IMG/VR virus record: IMGVR_UViG_2788500073_000001
Span: 1 to 64,000 of that record
Source: a virus
Lineage: Duplodnaviria; Caudoviricetes
DNA: 64,000 bases
Strand: one strand, 5' to 3'
Shown here: positions 38,136-48,189 of the stretch, in pieces
How positions within the stretch are numbered: position 1 is the stretch's first letter
How the letters are laid out: the number at the start of each line of letters is the position of its first letter
The notes under the pieces: model-generated
What the model was told of the DNA's origin: nothing
Seen by the model: the letters and a program-made list of their open reading frames with translations, nothing else
Database searches by the model: none
Translations under genes and position numbers: made by a program

Positions 38136-38292
38136 AAAAAAGGCACGGTCGTGCCCAAAAGGGCGCAATCGTGCCGTTAGGTTTCACACCGGCCAAGCGT
38201 CAATGACGAAAGGCCTTACTTTACTGCTTCGGTGAGCAGCGGATACTTTCATGGAATACCTGAAGTATATGCCGCTTTTTGTATCGTGTCAA
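38136..38292 (-). repeat. promoter-leader-terminator repeat, copy B
   Basis: TTGACA-17-TATACT; P1 U-A variant; different inner P2 hairpin. Confidence 0.9.
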
Positions 38293-38330
38293 GGGTATTG
38301 CTAGCGCTGGATCCCTAAATCTGAGCATAG

Positions 38331-38359
38331 AAAAAAGCCCCGCCGAAGCGGGGCTTTTT
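38331..38359. terminator. bidirectional terminator
   Basis: AAAAAGCCCCGC-CGAA-GCGGGGCTTTTT. Confidence 0.85.
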
Positions 38360-38379
38360 ATTAGGGGATAGAACGAGAT

Positions 38380-38598
38380 TCAGATGCTATCCGGTTCTTT
38401 GATTGGAATTCCGCTTACGAAAGCGGCTTCAATCCACTCGTTCTTTGCGTCTTTCCCATTGGCAACTGCCTCTTCCAACGTTTCGCCAAAGGTGAAACAC
38501 CCCGGCAAATCTGGATAGGAGATTACAAACCCGCCCTCGGGGTCTGGAATAATTTCCATCCGGTAGGGCAATGAAAGGTATTTACTCAATGATTTCAT
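38380..38598 (-). CDS. HicB-family antitoxin-like protein
   Basis: 'YPDLPGCFTFGETLEEAVAN...W......IP.P'. Confidence 0.85.
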   Translation of the reverse strand: MKSLSKYLSLPYRMEIIPDPEGGFVISYPDLPGCFTFGETLEEAVANGKDAKNEWIEAAFVSGIPIKEPDSI

Positions 38599-38628
38599 GG
38601 CTGCTACCTCGCGTATGAAGCCTTCATG

Positions 38629-39456
38629 TCAGGACAGGTGAAGCGCTTTCTCCACAGCAGGTCGCTCATCCTTGGTGACACCTGCCTCCTCACAGGCCTG
38701 GGCAAAGGAGAAGTCATGCTTCTCCATAAGACGCTTGACGGCTCTTGCGATGCCACTGATTTCACCTTCAGCTTTACCTTCGGCTCTACCTTCGGCTTTA
38801 CCGTCGTTCCAAATCTCTTCAGAAATTCTGCACATATAGTCCACTCCTTCCTGATCGTCTTTGTAGTACCGGACATTCTCGGCCAGTACAGCATTGTTCA
38901 TTTCCTCTGGTCTTTTGCAAAAGAAATCGTGCATCAACGAGCCTACCGGGTCGTTTCCCCGATACTGCCCGTTTACATACAGGATGTGCTCCCCGTCGTC
39001 AAATGATGCGCCGGTTTCCTGCACCACCCTCTCGATATGATACAGGGGCAGGCCCTGCTCAAAATAATCGTTCTCAGTGATGAAGATGACATAGGTTTCC
39101 ACCAGTTCCTCGTACTTCCTACCCGGTTCGGTGATACTGGAATCGAGAAGGCTGCTGTTATACCGCGCCCTTTTCTGGGAAGCGCCGCTGTCAGCCCGTT
39201 GCACCTCAATATCATAGATGGCGCCGGTTTTGTCAGTGGCCAGGATGTCCAGCCTGACAGAGCGGCCCCACAAATTCTTCAGGTCGCGCTGTGTGAAGAC
39301 TTCCACAACCTGCAGGTCGTCCCGCTGCAACAAACAGCGGATTAACAGCTGCGTACACTCTTTGTCTTTGAATACCACCGTCATGAAAGTATCGTCAATG
39401 AGGCGGAATTCTTGGACAAGATTTAAGAGTTTTCTCCGTTTCTCTTCGCAATCCAT
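38629..39456 (-). CDS. Rpn family PD-(D/E)XK nuclease
   Basis: 'DDTFM', 'VRLDILA', 'DIEVQ', 'RARYN'; C-terminal 'EGRAEGKAEG' repeats. Confidence 0.88.
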   Translation of the reverse strand: MDCEEKRRKLLNLVQEFRLIDDTFMTVVFKDKECTQLLIRCLLQRDDLQVVEVFTQRDLKNLWGRSVRLDILATDKTGAIYDIEVQRADSGASQKRARYNSSLLDSSITEPGRKYEELVETYVIFITENDYFEQGLPLYHIERVVQETGASFDDGEHILYVNGQYRGNDPVGSLMHDFFCKRPEEMNNAVLAENVRYYKDDQEGVDYMCRISEEIWNDGKAEGRAEGKAEGEISGIARAVKRLMEKHDFSFAQACEEAGVTKDERPAVEKALHLS

Positions 39457-39515
39457 GGGATCACCTCTTACTTGTATTGTATATGATTTTTTGGTGTTCG
39501 TCAATCTAACCGGAA

Positions 39516-40202
39516 TCAGAGCGGTTCGTCCTCAAACTCCTCAAAGTCAGGCGCCTCTGGCGGATACGAATTGCCGCCGGACTGCCGCTTTGCTTTCGCT
39601 CTGGCCTTCTGTTCTTTCCGCCGCCGGGCCTTGTAAGGCTCGATGGTGTTGCGGATGAAGGGTGCCCCGAGGGTGATTTCCCATACGGAGATGTAGGCCA
39701 GAATGTCACCAAAGAACTTTTGAATTTCGTCATCCGAGAGGAACTTTTTTACGGATTTCTCCGGCTGGAATTTTCCCCCGGCTGACGTACCGGCTGTGAT
39801 GGCGATGGTCCAGGGATAATTGACCTTCTGGTCATTCCGTTTGGGCTGCCGCGTGACCTTGATCATCTCCATCCGGTTGGAACCGAAAGAGGAGAAGTCT
39901 TTCGTGGTTCCCCACTCAAAGTCCCGGTCGGTCATATTGAGCATACAGATCTTCTGGTAAAGCAGCCGGATCTCCGACGGCTCCAGATTGTAGCTCAGAA
40001 AGACCGACGGTTCCTTATCAAAATCGGTCACATTGATCTTGATCCGGCTGTACCGGGCGTGCAAAGACGCCGGGCACTTATCCGGGTCCCCGTCAAGGTC
40101 AGGGGCCTGAAGATAATCACAGGCCGCCACCAGCGTTTTCCGGTTGGTGATAAAGGCGATCTGGGTCACATCGGTGTCGTAACGCTTTTCGTTTTTGCTC
40201 AT
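39516..40202 (-). CDS. hypothetical protein with basic then acidic C-terminus
   Basis: 228-aa ORF with AGGAG RBS, in the AAA/vWA operon. Confidence 0.65.
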   Translation of the reverse strand: MSKNEKRYDTDVTQIAFITNRKTLVAACDYLQAPDLDGDPDKCPASLHARYSRIKINVTDFDKEPSVFLSYNLEPSEIRLLYQKICMLNMTDRDFEWGTTKDFSSFGSNRMEMIKVTRQPKRNDQKVNYPWTIAITAGTSAGGKFQPEKSVKKFLSDDEIQKFFGDILAYISVWEITLGAPFIRNTIEPYKARRRKEQKARAKAKRQSGGNSYPPEAPDFEEFEDEPL

Positions 40203-40220
40203 GATGTTTTCTCCTTCTTG

Positions 40221-42452
40221 CTACTTGATAAATCGTTTCATGGTGTTCAGCAAAGTCTTGGGCATCCGGGCCAGGTCGGAAACCTCAAAGAGGTTTTCCC
40301 CGTAGATCTCCTGAAGCTGGGGGATGTCCTCATCCAGGGCGGCCGCAAAGACCAGCACGCCGGATTTTTTGGCGTCCTCCATCACTGCTTTCAGGTGTGC
40401 CACTCCTTCTTCCATGCTGCGGTAATCCGCCGGCAGGCCATCGGAGATGATAAAGAGCAGCTTCAAATCCTCCGGGCGCTTCTTCAGTTCCGAGAGCATG
40501 TAGTTGAGGGCAGTACCGTCCCGGTTGCCGTCCAATGCCTGGGCAGCACAGATCCGGTATTTATCCTCCTTGTCTACTTTCTGGAACGGCGCCATGACCT
40601 CCATCACAACCGCCTTTTGGATCCAATCGACTGTGTGGCCGGCTACCATAACCGGAAAGTCCAAATCCACACAGAAATCATAGAGGACCAGAGCTGCATT
40701 GCTGGCGGCCTGGATCTTCGTTTGGAACAGGTTCTGCCCGCTGCTGTCCACCGCACTACTGCACATGGAACCGGATTGGTCGATGAGCAGGGCAGTGGCT
40801 ACCTGGGGCCGATCGTTTGGGAGCCGGTTCTTGGTGAAATACTTCTCGTCCGTCCGGTACAGGCTTCGGGTATCCAGCCGCCGGCCATAAGCAAGGCCGG
40901 TGAGCTTAGTTCCCCGTCTACGATCACGGAGGATTTTGAGCAGTTCCTTCTTGAGTGACTTGGAAACAGGGGAGATCTTGGGCCAGATGTAGTCATACCG
41001 CTGGATGCCTGCCTCCGGTACGGATGGAGAGCGATCTACCACGATACGGTAATCATCACCCTCAGCCGATTCATTGGCGTTTTTTTGCAGGGTGTCTTTC
41101 AGTTGGTTCTCAACCTTCTCATGGGCGGTATCTTTCGCCAGATCGGTTTCCACATTGTTCAGGATTTTCCCGAATGAGCCATCGCTGCTGCCCGCATCGC
41201 TTGCGGATTCAATGCGGATGGTTGCATCGGCCGTCTGATTGTTATCTTCATTACCGCTCTCCTGAGTGGCCTGCTTCGCATCACCGGAGTTCCCTTCCGC
41301 TTCAGATTCTCCATCCTGCCCGTTGCCGCCGGAAGGGCCGCTGCCCTCGCCTTCTTGTTCCTCCGATTGGGAGGGGGAAGGGAGTTCAATGAAAACCCGC
41401 AGCGGCCGCCCGGAATTGCTGTCCGGGTGGTCTTGATGGTCGGAACCGGGGCCTTCGAGGATCGTCTGAAGGATTTCTTCCAGCAGGCCGGCCAGTTCTT
41501 CGTCGGATAGCTCCTGAAGTTCCTGATCGGGCTGCGTTTCTTGACCCAACTGTTCCTCAATAAGGTCCCAGTTTTCCGCCATGATGTTCAGTGCCAGCTC
41601 TTTGCGGGCCAGAGCATTGGAATTTTCCACCTCACGATTGACCTGGAGAGACAACCGAGCGATTCGGTTATGGATGTCTGCAATCCCTTCGCTAAATGCA
41701 GGGTCAATCTCAACACTGCCTATTTTGAGCAGCGTGAGCAGGGCGTTTTGGAATACGCTCCACCGCCTCTGGGCATAGTCGGGATTTTCTCGCAAAGATT
41801 CCATAAAATCGCCGCTGAAAAAAGTTTGGTTCAGGATCCGCAGGGACTTTTTGGTGTCCCCAGGGTGCAGCAGCACAATACTCCGTTCGATGTAGGCGTC
41901 TTCCAGCACATTGTCCAGATCCTGATACAGCGTTGCAATCGCTTTACAGGTGCGGGGGCCTTTCTCCAGCGCAGCCTGGATTCCTTCCAGGCCATGCTCG
42001 TTTTGAGAAGTTACCCGATGCCGAGGTGGATAGATATTGCCAGAAGTCCAGGTTTCCCACTGTGTTTTTAACAGCGAGAAGTCCGTAAACAGGCAATGGG
42101 CAAACTCATGGCAGGCTAATCCCATGACACAATAGTTCCGATCGCTCCGGCGCGAGAGTTTCTGAATCGCAGGATAAGCCGCATTGATGACCACAGTGAT
42201 ATTATTTGTGTAGGCAGTCACGGCGTTTGGCTTTTCATCCCAGATAACCCTAGGCAGGGCGTGGATGTCCTTGCGGCCGGTACGGCCAACCAAATAGGCT
42301 CCCAGGCTGCTGAGCTGGCGCTGATACGCCGCGCTGCAGAAGATGTCCCGATCGCTGAGGCCGGCGCGGGCATCCATCAGGGCTTTCTGGATGGTGGCCG
42401 GGGTAATGATTGTTTTTCGGTATTCGGCTTCCAGCCGTTTCTTTTCTGACAT
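40221..42452 (-). CDS. vWA protein with N-terminal HExxH metallopeptidase-like domain (CobT/NorD-like)
   Basis: 'CHEFAH', 'NVLEDAYIE', acidic linker, MIDAS 'DQSGS', 'ISDGLP'. Confidence 0.85.
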   Translation of the reverse strand: MSEKKRLEAEYRKTIITPATIQKALMDARAGLSDRDIFCSAAYQRQLSSLGAYLVGRTGRKDIHALPRVIWDEKPNAVTAYTNNITVVINAAYPAIQKLSRRSDRNYCVMGLACHEFAHCLFTDFSLLKTQWETWTSGNIYPPRHRVTSQNEHGLEGIQAALEKGPRTCKAIATLYQDLDNVLEDAYIERSIVLLHPGDTKKSLRILNQTFFSGDFMESLRENPDYAQRRWSVFQNALLTLLKIGSVEIDPAFSEGIADIHNRIARLSLQVNREVENSNALARKELALNIMAENWDLIEEQLGQETQPDQELQELSDEELAGLLEEILQTILEGPGSDHQDHPDSNSGRPLRVFIELPSPSQSEEQEGEGSGPSGGNGQDGESEAEGNSGDAKQATQESGNEDNNQTADATIRIESASDAGSSDGSFGKILNNVETDLAKDTAHEKVENQLKDTLQKNANESAEGDDYRIVVDRSPSVPEAGIQRYDYIWPKISPVSKSLKKELLKILRDRRRGTKLTGLAYGRRLDTRSLYRTDEKYFTKNRLPNDRPQVATALLIDQSGSMCSSAVDSSGQNLFQTKIQAASNAALVLYDFCVDLDFPVMVAGHTVDWIQKAVVMEVMAPFQKVDKEDKYRICAAQALDGNRDGTALNYMLSELKKRPEDLKLLFIISDGLPADYRSMEEGVAHLKAVMEDAKKSGVLVFAAALDEDIPQLQEIYGENLFEVSDLARMPKTLLNTMKRFIK

Positions 42453-42534
42453 AGACTTTCCTCCTAATGAAAAATCCCCTGATATGTGCGCACAACTGGT
42501 CGATTGTACGCACGCAAAGGGGATTACATGTTGG

Positions 42535-44472
42535 TTATTCAAGTTCTTCAATGCTTTGGTGGATGCAGGTACGCACCAGGGCAATATCATCGGGGTCTTC
42601 GCCCACAGAGGGAAGAACGGTGAGTTCCGCTGCAGCGCGCATATCGCCGCCGAGAAGGACCGTCATCTTGGCCCAGTTGATTGCCTCACGGGTGCCGACA
42701 CTCCCACCTTCGATCTCCGCAGAGAAGTTGTCCTGGATACGGAGCACCGTCTGGACGATAGTGCGGCAAGCCTGTTCAGTGATCTCGGGGACGTGCATTC
42801 GGATGCGCTCCACCATTTCATCTTCGCTGGGGTGATTCAGATCGCATTTGACCTCGATACGGCTGTATACCGATTGGTTGCCATCCGTTGTACCGGCGTA
42901 GCCGACATTCTGGGTAAACACAATGACGGTATCGGGATGCCGCTGGATCACCTCGCCGGTGGGGAGACGGAGCTGCCCATTCTCTAAGATGTTGTTAAGG
43001 CCTACCAGAACGCCAGGCTTGAGGATGGTGTTCATCTCCTGGAGCTCCACCAGCCAGCCGCGTTGGAATCCCATGGCCAGGTCAGAGTAGACCACCTTGA
43101 ACTTGGAATTCTCACCGCTGAACAGCCCGACATCCTTCTTGCAAACGCTGATCAGCTTGGCCGTCAGCGCCGCGAAACATTCTGCTTCGCCAGCTTCTTC
43201 GTTTTCTATGCCGGTGATCTGTTCATAGACCACATCCGGCATAGAGGCAATTTCGAGAAAGCTGGGCAGAGCAAGGCCGCTGTCCCGCAACGCATAGAGG
43301 AGGTAATCGTACAACTCAGCGTCGGTAGTGATTTTGGATTCAGTGTTTGGGATCAGGTTGGAGGTGAGATCAAAAAATTCAAGCTCTGCGTGCCCGGTAA
43401 TGACCCCATAGGGGTTGCCGAACATGGATGCCAGGGCTTTGGCGCCTTCCGTTTTACCGGAACCGGCCGGTCCCCGCATCATGATGTTGCGGAAGGGCTT
43501 CCTAAAGATGGACGAACCAGCCACCGCTTTGGCGATGTTCATCACCGCCGGAACCGGTACATACCAGTCCGGAATGGTGAGCAGCCGGCTGCGATCCTCA
43601 TCATCGTAAACCCGATCCGGATCGATGGGGTACATGTTGGGTTCAACCGTGACTGGGCAATCGGATCGTACCGTTTTTAAGATGCCTTCCAGTACGAACA
43701 GATGCTGCTGCTCCAAAGCAGCGTTATTTTCCGACAATGGCATCAGCAGCATATCCGGGGCAAACATAACAGTCGGTTCCTCAGTTTTGACATAGCCGAT
43801 TTTTTCATTCCGCAGCAGCACTTTCAGGCATCCATCCCGGGCGTTCAGGTAAGAACTGTCTACCTGAAACGGTGCATTATACGCCGCTCTCGTTGCAGGA
43901 TTTATCTGATCCTTCAACTGGAGAAACAGTTCCCCTAAAATATCTTCTGCACGGGCGGGGCCGCTGGGAAATTTCAGACGATATTCCCTGGCAAAGCCAG
44001 CCGTTATCATGGCGAAGCCGCTGGAATTGCTCTCATACTGCATGATGGCAAAGAGCATAGCGCAGATCGCTTCCTTTGCTCCGGCATCTTCCAGACGCAT
44101 ACTATCCCATTTTTCCTCAAGATGGTTCCACACGATTCCCCGCAGCTCGAACTTTTCAAATCTGGAGTATTCCAGAATGTAAGCCCTGCCGTCAAGATGG
44201 GCGGGACTGCCGTACTCGAAGAAATACCGGCCGACTTCATCGGCAGCATAACCAGCGCTGGATGTGGCGAGAGAGGCGGGATTCTTTTTGGACTCCCAAA
44301 GCCGGAACCAGGCGGTTTCATTCTGGCCGAATACATTCGCGATTGCGTTTGCTGCAAAAGCCGGAACGCCTAACCTGTCCAAAGAAGCGGCGAAAAACGG
44401 CTTCATATTGTCGATCAGTTCGGCGGGCGTCGTAAGGTCTGTCAGCAACGAATAAAGTGTTTTCTTTGGCAT
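42535..44472 (-). CDS. MoxR/CbbQ-like AAA+ ATPase
   Basis: 'GPAGSGKT', 'ELQEMN', 'LNNILE', 'TQNVGYAG', 'SR'; paired with the vWA gene. Confidence 0.85.
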   Translation of the reverse strand: MPKKTLYSLLTDLTTPAELIDNMKPFFAASLDRLGVPAFAANAIANVFGQNETAWFRLWESKKNPASLATSSAGYAADEVGRYFFEYGSPAHLDGRAYILEYSRFEKFELRGIVWNHLEEKWDSMRLEDAGAKEAICAMLFAIMQYESNSSGFAMITAGFAREYRLKFPSGPARAEDILGELFLQLKDQINPATRAAYNAPFQVDSSYLNARDGCLKVLLRNEKIGYVKTEEPTVMFAPDMLLMPLSENNAALEQQHLFVLEGILKTVRSDCPVTVEPNMYPIDPDRVYDDEDRSRLLTIPDWYVPVPAVMNIAKAVAGSSIFRKPFRNIMMRGPAGSGKTEGAKALASMFGNPYGVITGHAELEFFDLTSNLIPNTESKITTDAELYDYLLYALRDSGLALPSFLEIASMPDVVYEQITGIENEEAGEAECFAALTAKLISVCKKDVGLFSGENSKFKVVYSDLAMGFQRGWLVELQEMNTILKPGVLVGLNNILENGQLRLPTGEVIQRHPDTVIVFTQNVGYAGTTDGNQSVYSRIEVKCDLNHPSEDEMVERIRMHVPEITEQACRTIVQTVLRIQDNFSAEIEGGSVGTREAINWAKMTVLLGGDMRAAAELTVLPSVGEDPDDIALVRTCIHQSIEELE

Positions 44473-44561
44473 AAAATCTCCTTCTTTTCTTGGTTTTTGG
44501 TATGATCTATATGGAAAGGCCCCTTCCCTTGACCAAAGGGAAGATTCCTTGAATTGGCAAT

Positions 44562-44721
44562 AAAAAAGGCACGGTCGCGCCCAAAAGGGCGCAATCGTGC
44601 CGTTAGGTTTCACACCGGCCAGCTGTCAGTATGGACAGGAGGCCTTACTTTACTGCTTCGGTGAGCAGCGGATACTTTCATGGAATATCTGAAGTGTACC
44701 CCCGTTTTTGTATCGTGTCAA
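44562..44721 (-). repeat. promoter-leader-terminator repeat, copy C
   Basis: Near-identical to copies A and E. Confidence 0.9.
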
Positions 44722-44873
44722 GGGCTTGTGAATGAGAAAAGCCGGGATAGTATGGTCTATCCCAGCTCGTGCTCTGAAATCCAACCGACAAGCGCTTCAA
44801 CAGGCTTTTCTCCAGCAGCAATTTGCAGAATAATATTGGATAATCCTATTTTGTGAAAGCTGCGTCTTGCATT

Positions 44874-45581
44874 TTAAGCCATCCCGACTTCCACGCCATT
44901 GGAATCCTGCCCCCAGCTGACGATCACCTGCTCGTCGGCGGTAAAATCCGCCGCGATCCCGTTCTCCCGGAAAATTTCAATCAGTTTTGAGAGAACAAGA
45001 GCTTCGGTTGGCAACCGAAGCTCTTCGTGATCATTCAGGAGACAGGTGTGGATGCTTGGGTCTTCGTTGGCAATGCAGGAGAGCAGCTCCATCAGCCTTG
45101 ATTCGCCGGTGCTGCCGTCTTCCTCATCCTTGGAATTCCACCAGGCTTCCGCCTGGCTCTGGGCTTCTTCCGGCGATAGTTCCCGTTTGCACAGCTGTTC
45201 TGGTATGAACTGCATGGCCGGCGCTTCGTTATGGGGAGCGTCCGGCGATGGTTCATCGGAACTGCCAGAGAATTTTTCCTCAAATTCCCGGCTGTCCATA
45301 TTCCAGATCTGAGCGCCAATTTTAAAGAACCTGCCGATCCGGTCGGACACCCGATCCCAAAGGGCCATAAGTCCCAGTATAGGGGCTTGCAGCATAGCCT
45401 TGGCGAAAGAAACGGCATTCTTAAAATAGACCCGGCAGGGTCCCACCGCTGCGAAGATCAGCAAAAACACTAACACAACAGTTGGCAGCGCGACGGCAAT
45501 CCGACAGGCCACCATTGCCAAAAGGAGCCTTACCAAAAGGCCCGAGCCGAACGGCTTACTTTTTTGATTCATTTTGGTCAT
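44874..45581 (-). CDS. membrane protein, hypothetical
   Basis: Two N-terminal hydrophobic segments; acidic C-terminal domain. Confidence 0.6.
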   Translation of the reverse strand: MTKMNQKSKPFGSGLLVRLLLAMVACRIAVALPTVVLVFLLIFAAVGPCRVYFKNAVSFAKAMLQAPILGLMALWDRVSDRIGRFFKIGAQIWNMDSREFEEKFSGSSDEPSPDAPHNEAPAMQFIPEQLCKRELSPEEAQSQAEAWWNSKDEEDGSTGESRLMELLSCIANEDPSIHTCLLNDHEELRLPTEALVLSKLIEIFRENGIAADFTADEQVIVSWGQDSNGVEVGMA

Positions 45582-46227
45582 TTTCTATTTCCTTCTTTCC
45601 GATTTTTGCATAATTTACATCGAATAACTTGAGTCCCAGAACGCCGAATGCGGTAGCTTCCAGTTTTCCCTGCGCAATGATGTGCGCTTTGTCCTTTAAT
45701 TTCAACCGTTCCACCTTGTCAGCCACTTCACCGTATCCGGTGCAGTAAACCGTCAGATAGGTTTCCCGGTCAAAGTCTGAGGAGGGATTGGAGAAAAGGC
45801 TGAACGCGACTTTCCGATAGTCCCCATGATCCTTGAAGATCTCGGTATCGGAAAGTTTGCGCACACCGCCTTCCATCTGGGCAACAGAAAAGATGGGCTC
45901 TTTTTCCGCGCTGAAGGTCACATCCAGGGCGTAGACACGAAGCTGGTCGATTTCCTGGCCGCTGTCGCGGTCCTGATAAGCGATCCTTTGCATAACTCCA
46001 ATTACACGCAGGAGGCTGCCTTCCGCAATCCCTTTTTCCAGCTCTTCAGCCTGCTCTTTGACAGCTGCGAAGCCGGAACGGCCGGTAATGACAAGTTCGA
46101 TGTCGATCGTGTTCTCTGATTTGTATTTCCCTGAAAAAACACAGGGCAGCGTTGCAGATTTTCCGCTTTTTGAGAAGACAAATCTTTCTGCTGCCGGACG
46201 AAGATCCAGGATCACATTACATGGCAT
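45556..46227 (-). CDS. tandem OB-fold SSB-like protein
   Basis: 'KG....SLLRVIG......YQDR' and 'CTGYGEVA...LKDKAHIIAQGKL' resemble two SSB OB folds. Confidence 0.5.
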   Translation of the reverse strand: MPCNVILDLRPAAERFVFSKSGKSATLPCVFSGKYKSENTIDIELVITGRSGFAAVKEQAEELEKGIAEGSLLRVIGVMQRIAYQDRDSGQEIDQLRVYALDVTFSAEKEPIFSVAQMEGGVRKLSDTEIFKDHGDYRKVAFSLFSNPSSDFDRETYLTVYCTGYGEVADKVERLKLKDKAHIIAQGKLEATAFGVLGLKLFDVNYAKIGKKEIENDQNESKK

Positions 46228-46277
46228 TGTTGGTTCCCCTTTCTTTAGGTGCCTAAACGGCTGATGGTTTATAGACG

Positions 46278-46437
46278 AAAAAAGGCACGGTCGCGCCCAG
46301 AAGGGCGCAATCGTGCCGTTAGGTTTCACACCGGCCAGCTGTCAACAGGGACGGGAGGCCTTACTTTACTGCTTCGGTGAGCAGCGGATACTTTCATGGA
46401 ATACCTGAAGTGTACTCCCGTTTTTGTATCGTGTCAA
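46278..46437 (-). repeat. promoter-leader-terminator repeat, copy D
   Basis: Same layout; P2 inner hairpin CCGTC/GACAG. Confidence 0.9.
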
Positions 46438-46715
46438 GGGCCGGCACTTGATTTCTACTGCCAATATGGTATGATGATAGAGAAGGAAAGCATTGTCTTT
46501 TCCTTATTCTCCCGCCGGTCGGACTGCCGTTGTTACCATCCATCTTTCCCGTACATTCCTGTATTGACCAGCATCAAAAAAGTCCGGCCATGTCTATCCG
46601 GTGCCGCCTGTTCCGCCTCGAAAAGTTAGGAAGGAATGGGTGGCTTTTTATTTTTTCTGAGGATCAGTAAATTTGTGTTGCAAATGCGGTGATTCCTCGT
46701 CTTTTATTATGAGAG

Positions 46716-47315
46716 GTGATACATTTGATTTTCCTTATGCTGCAGGCAATCGAAGACGAATCTGACCGCAACCGGCTGTCCGCCTTCTATTTGCAGTATT
46801 ATGGCCTGCTGAAAGCCAAAGCAGAATTTGTTTTGAAGCAATTCCATATTGGGGGTTCTTCCAATTTGGCTGAAGATATGGTTCAGGATGCGATGGCCAA
46901 AATGATCCAGAATATTGATACGATTTCAAAATTAAGCGATCCTCAGCTGGTAGCTTACGGTGTCAAAACGGTACAATCCTGCGCCACTGACTACTGCCGG
47001 AAAATGATTTCACAGCAAAAAGCCATTGAAGATAAAGGGATTTTAGAAGGAGCTGATGAGGATAAAGTATGGGAAGACTATACCGGTCTTTTTACCGAAG
47101 AAGATCCCATGCTTTTTCTTGGAGGGGTTCTGGCGGCCCTTCCCCAAAAAAGTCGTGATGTCCTCCTCTACAAACATTATTTTGACTATAGCGACAAAAA
47201 AATCGCGGAGCTTTTAGGGATACAAGAAAATTCAGTACGGATGGCACTGTCAAGAGCAAGAAAAAAGGTACGAAAAACTTGGGCTGCAATCAAAAAGGAA
47301 AAAGGAGAAGGATGA
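46716..47315 (+). CDS. ECF sigma-70 factor
   Basis: 'AEDMVQDA' region 2; 'SDKKIAELLGI..NSVRMALSRARKK' region 4. Confidence 0.9.
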   Translation: MIHLIFLMLQAIEDESDRNRLSAFYLQYYGLLKAKAEFVLKQFHIGGSSNLAEDMVQDAMAKMIQNIDTISKLSDPQLVAYGVKTVQSCATDYCRKMISQQKAIEDKGILEGADEDKVWEDYTGLFTEEDPMLFLGGVLAALPQKSRDVLLYKHYFDYSDKKIAELLGIQENSVRMALSRARKKVRKTWAAIKKEKGEG

Positions 47316-47318
47316 CAG

Positions 47319-48071
47319 ATGATTTATAATAATGAGCAGCAGCTTTTAAAGGTAGAAGACGAACTATTTAATTTGGCACTATTGGGACTTTTGGAGATTG
47401 AAGGGCGTAAACTGATCGAGGAAAAAGAGCAGATGGTCCAAAGGGGAGAATACGCTTCCCCGCCTGCGGATCAGCTGCGCCGCATTGAAAAAATGATCCG
47501 GCAGGGCGAAAGAAAAAAAGTGTTCCAATCATCTATTCGAAAAATTTCCCCTGTTATTTCAAAGGTCGCTGTGTGGTTTATGGTGTTTATCATGGGAACC
47601 GGCACCGTGGTCTTTGCCTCAGCTGATATACGCGAAGCGCTCTATCGGCTGATTGTTGAACAACACGAAAGATATTCGCAAATTGAACTGCAGCAGGGAG
47701 AAGAAAATAATGCTGAATATATCTCCAATGCCGCTTCTTATGTTCCGTCCTATGTGCCGGACCAAATGGAATTAGATCAGATTGAAAAATTGCGGTACAG
47801 TGTCAACGCATCCTATATTGGAAAGGACAATGAGGAACTGTACCTGACCTTCCGGCAGATCGATCCTACCGGCAGCGCGGAAATCCGCGTGGACACCGAG
47901 GATGCGAATCGGATTGAAAGCGTTGCGATAGGAAGCAGCGAAGGGCTCCTGGTTGAAAAAGACGGATCTATTCAGATCGTCTGGAACGCAGATGGGACTG
48001 TTTTGACGGTGATCTCCAATCTCAACGAGGAAGAGGTGCTCCGTTTTGCACAGGGGATTCAAACTCCATAG
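47319..48071 (+). CDS. anti-sigma factor (DUF4367-like)
   Basis: Single TM segment; 'PSYVP' and C-terminal 'W......ISNL.EEE....A..I'. Confidence 0.75.
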   Translation: MIYNNEQQLLKVEDELFNLALLGLLEIEGRKLIEEKEQMVQRGEYASPPADQLRRIEKMIRQGERKKVFQSSIRKISPVISKVAVWFMVFIMGTGTVVFASADIREALYRLIVEQHERYSQIELQQGEENNAEYISNAASYVPSYVPDQMELDQIEKLRYSVNASYIGKDNEELYLTFRQIDPTGSAEIRVDTEDANRIESVAIGSSEGLLVEKDGSIQIVWNADGTVLTVISNLNEEEVLRFAQGIQTP

Positions 48072-48189
48072 GGCCAGAATTACGAAAATGAGGGGATGGT
48101 GAAAACTTTTCCCTCATTTTTTATTTTATCGGTTGCATTTTGCCTTGTCTCCCGTCTTATTCTATGAGAGGACTAAAGGAGGCAATCAC

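Noticed and set aside
44473-44613. N-terminal extension 'MKPNGTIAPFWARPCLF' on ORFs 42535-44613 and 45556-46329 as a leader peptide
   Set aside because: It is the translation of the repeat's terminator from a GTG with no RBS; better ATG starts with RBS exist at 44472 and 46227, and it is not fused in the other copies.
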